The notes under the pieces are model-generated. The model was not told the origin of the DNA and made no database searches. It was given only the letters and a program-made list of their open reading frames with translations. The position numbers and the translations under genes are program-made. A stretch of DNA of 32,000 nucleotides from Geobacter sulfurreducens PCA. GTDB lineage: Bacteria; Desulfobacterota; Desulfuromonadia; Geobacterales; Geobacteraceae. Location: positions 3,180,001-3,212,000 of the forward strand of contig NC_002939.5 of NCBI RefSeq assembly GCF_000007985.2. The letters run 5' to 3'. This document shows, in pieces, positions 30,879-32,000 of the stretch. The stretch's first letter is position 1, and each line of letters opens with the position of its first letter.

Positions 30879-32000
30879 CTACCAGCTTTGCAATCCGAGT
30901 GCCTTTCTCAGGATCAGGAGCGCGTCCACCAGGTCAATAACCCCGTTGGGCCGGGACTTGCCCTGATAGAGAGGGCCGATGTCCCCGCTGGCCAAATGGG
31001 ATGCGGAGGGAGACAGCTGTCCGGTGAAAATCCTGAGAGCCACCAGGGCATCGGCCACCGTGATCCTGCCGTCGCCGTCGACATCGCCGTCAGGTGCCCG
31101 CACCACCAGAGACCGGACCGTGCTGTTGCCCGCGGCATCGGTGGCCTTCACCGCCAGCGAATGGGGATCGTAACTTCCCAGTGTCAGGACGGCGTGCCAG
31201 GCGCCCTCTGTGATGACGACCTCTCCGACGGTACCGCTGTGGTCCTCTACGGCCACGGTCGCGCCCCGCTCCACCGTTCCCGAGAGTTCAGCCGGATAGA
31301 CGGTGTTAACCTCATTAAGCGTAAGGACGGGAGGGGTTACGTCGTAGATAAGGGTCCGCGTCACCACACCGGCGTTGCCCGCGGCGTCCGTGGCCCGGAC
31401 GGTGACCGCGTGGGCACCTTCCTCGCCAAGATGCACCGACAGGGAGAACGACCCTTCGACCGTGCTTACCTCAACCGGCACACCGTCCACATCGGCTGTT
31501 ACAGTCACGGGACTCGTGTCGTTCGCGCTCCCCACCAGTCCCACGACCTGACGATTGACCGCCATGTCCTGGGCCGGAGAGGTGATGACGATCGCCGGAC
31601 TGCCCGCATCATAGGTGAGGGTCCGCTTCACCGCGGTCGTATTGCCGGCAAAATCCACCGCCACCACCTCGATCGTATTGAGCCCCTGAACGAGCGGCAC
31701 GTCGGCACTCCAGGCGCTGCCGTCGAACCGTGCCGGATGGCCCGCAACCGTCACGGTGGCTGCCTGGTCAACGGTACCGCTGACGGTCACATGATCGACG
31801 GCAACGAAGGCCCCGTCAGCAGGTGACGTGAAGGTCACCACCGGGAGGTCGCAATCGTAGAAGATGGTGCGCGTATTCACGGTCAGGTTGCCCGCAAGGT
31901 CGGCAGCGGCAACAGTGATAACGTTGGCCCCGGGACTGAGCGTCACCGCCGTGCTGCCGGAACCGTTCGTCATCGTGACCGGCCGGCCGTTCACGGCAAC
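30879..32000 (-). CDS. Partial (5'-truncated by window edge) surface protein with tandem Ig-like domains and a C-terminal dockerin-like Ca-binding module
   Basis: Repeating ~90-aa beta-rich units (..V.V.A.D.AGN......L.YD...P...). The last 70 aa contain DGDVDGDGRITVADALVALRI and NGVIDLVDALLILRKALGL, i.e. dockerin/EF-hand-like duplicated segments. The ORF is open to the window end. Confidence 0.7.
   Translation of the reverse strand, partial: VAVNGRPVTMTNGSGSTAVTLSPGANVITVAAADLAGNLTVNTRTIFYDCDLPVVTFTSPADGAFVAVDHVTVSGTVDQAATVTVAGHPARFDGSAWSADVPLVQGLNTIEVVAVDFAGNTTAVKRTLTYDAGSPAIVITSPAQDMAVNRQVVGLVGSANDTSPVTVTADVDGVPVEVSTVEGSFSLSVHLGEEGAHAVTVRATDAAGNAGVVTRTLIYDVTPPVLTLNEVNTVYPAELSGTVERGATVAVEDHSGTVGEVVITEGAWHAVLTLGSYDPHSLAVKATDAAGNSTVRSLVVRAPDGDVDGDGRITVADALVALRIFTGQLSPSASHLASGDIGPLYQGKSRPNGVIDLVDALLILRKALGLQSW

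Overview
High-GC, almost fully coding window. Every gene except the first (a Sel1-repeat protein on the + strand) lies on the minus strand. It looks like a Geobacter-type (Desulfuromonadales) extracellular-electron-transfer supercluster; the taxon is inferred from gene content only. Four c-type multihaem cytochrome genes (279, 1046, 979 and 2803 aa) carry, by my hand count, 70 CxxCH plus 18 Cx3-4CH motifs. They form two operon-like blocks. Between them is a ~12 kb block encoding a parallel beta-helix protein, a CarboxypepD_reg-like protein, an OpuAC-like binding protein, a ResB-like cytochrome c biogenesis protein, a permease fusion and a cupin. The same block holds a PqqD / radical SAM-SPASM / SPASM-only trio (GeoRSP-like), a PhnD-like lipoprotein, a TPR protein and a YedE-family transporter. 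The most interesting signal is absent from the ORF track. Two paralogous 20-codon ORFs lie on the minus strand: MKKKSYIRPRVVGSAVVHPC at 26591-26653 and MKKRSYVKPRIVGSANVHPC at 2624-2686. Each sits just 3' of the last giant cytochrome gene of a block, with its own Shine-Dalgarno, a homologous leader and a strong GAGGTG...CACCTC terminator-like hairpin. Differences between the two copies are mostly synonymous or conservative, which argues for selection on the peptide. I propose them as candidate substrates (a RiPP or peptide-derived cofactor) for the orphan PqqD + radical SAM/SPASM cassette, with a regulatory or arrest peptide as the alternative. No rRNA, tRNA, CRISPR array or mobile element was seen.
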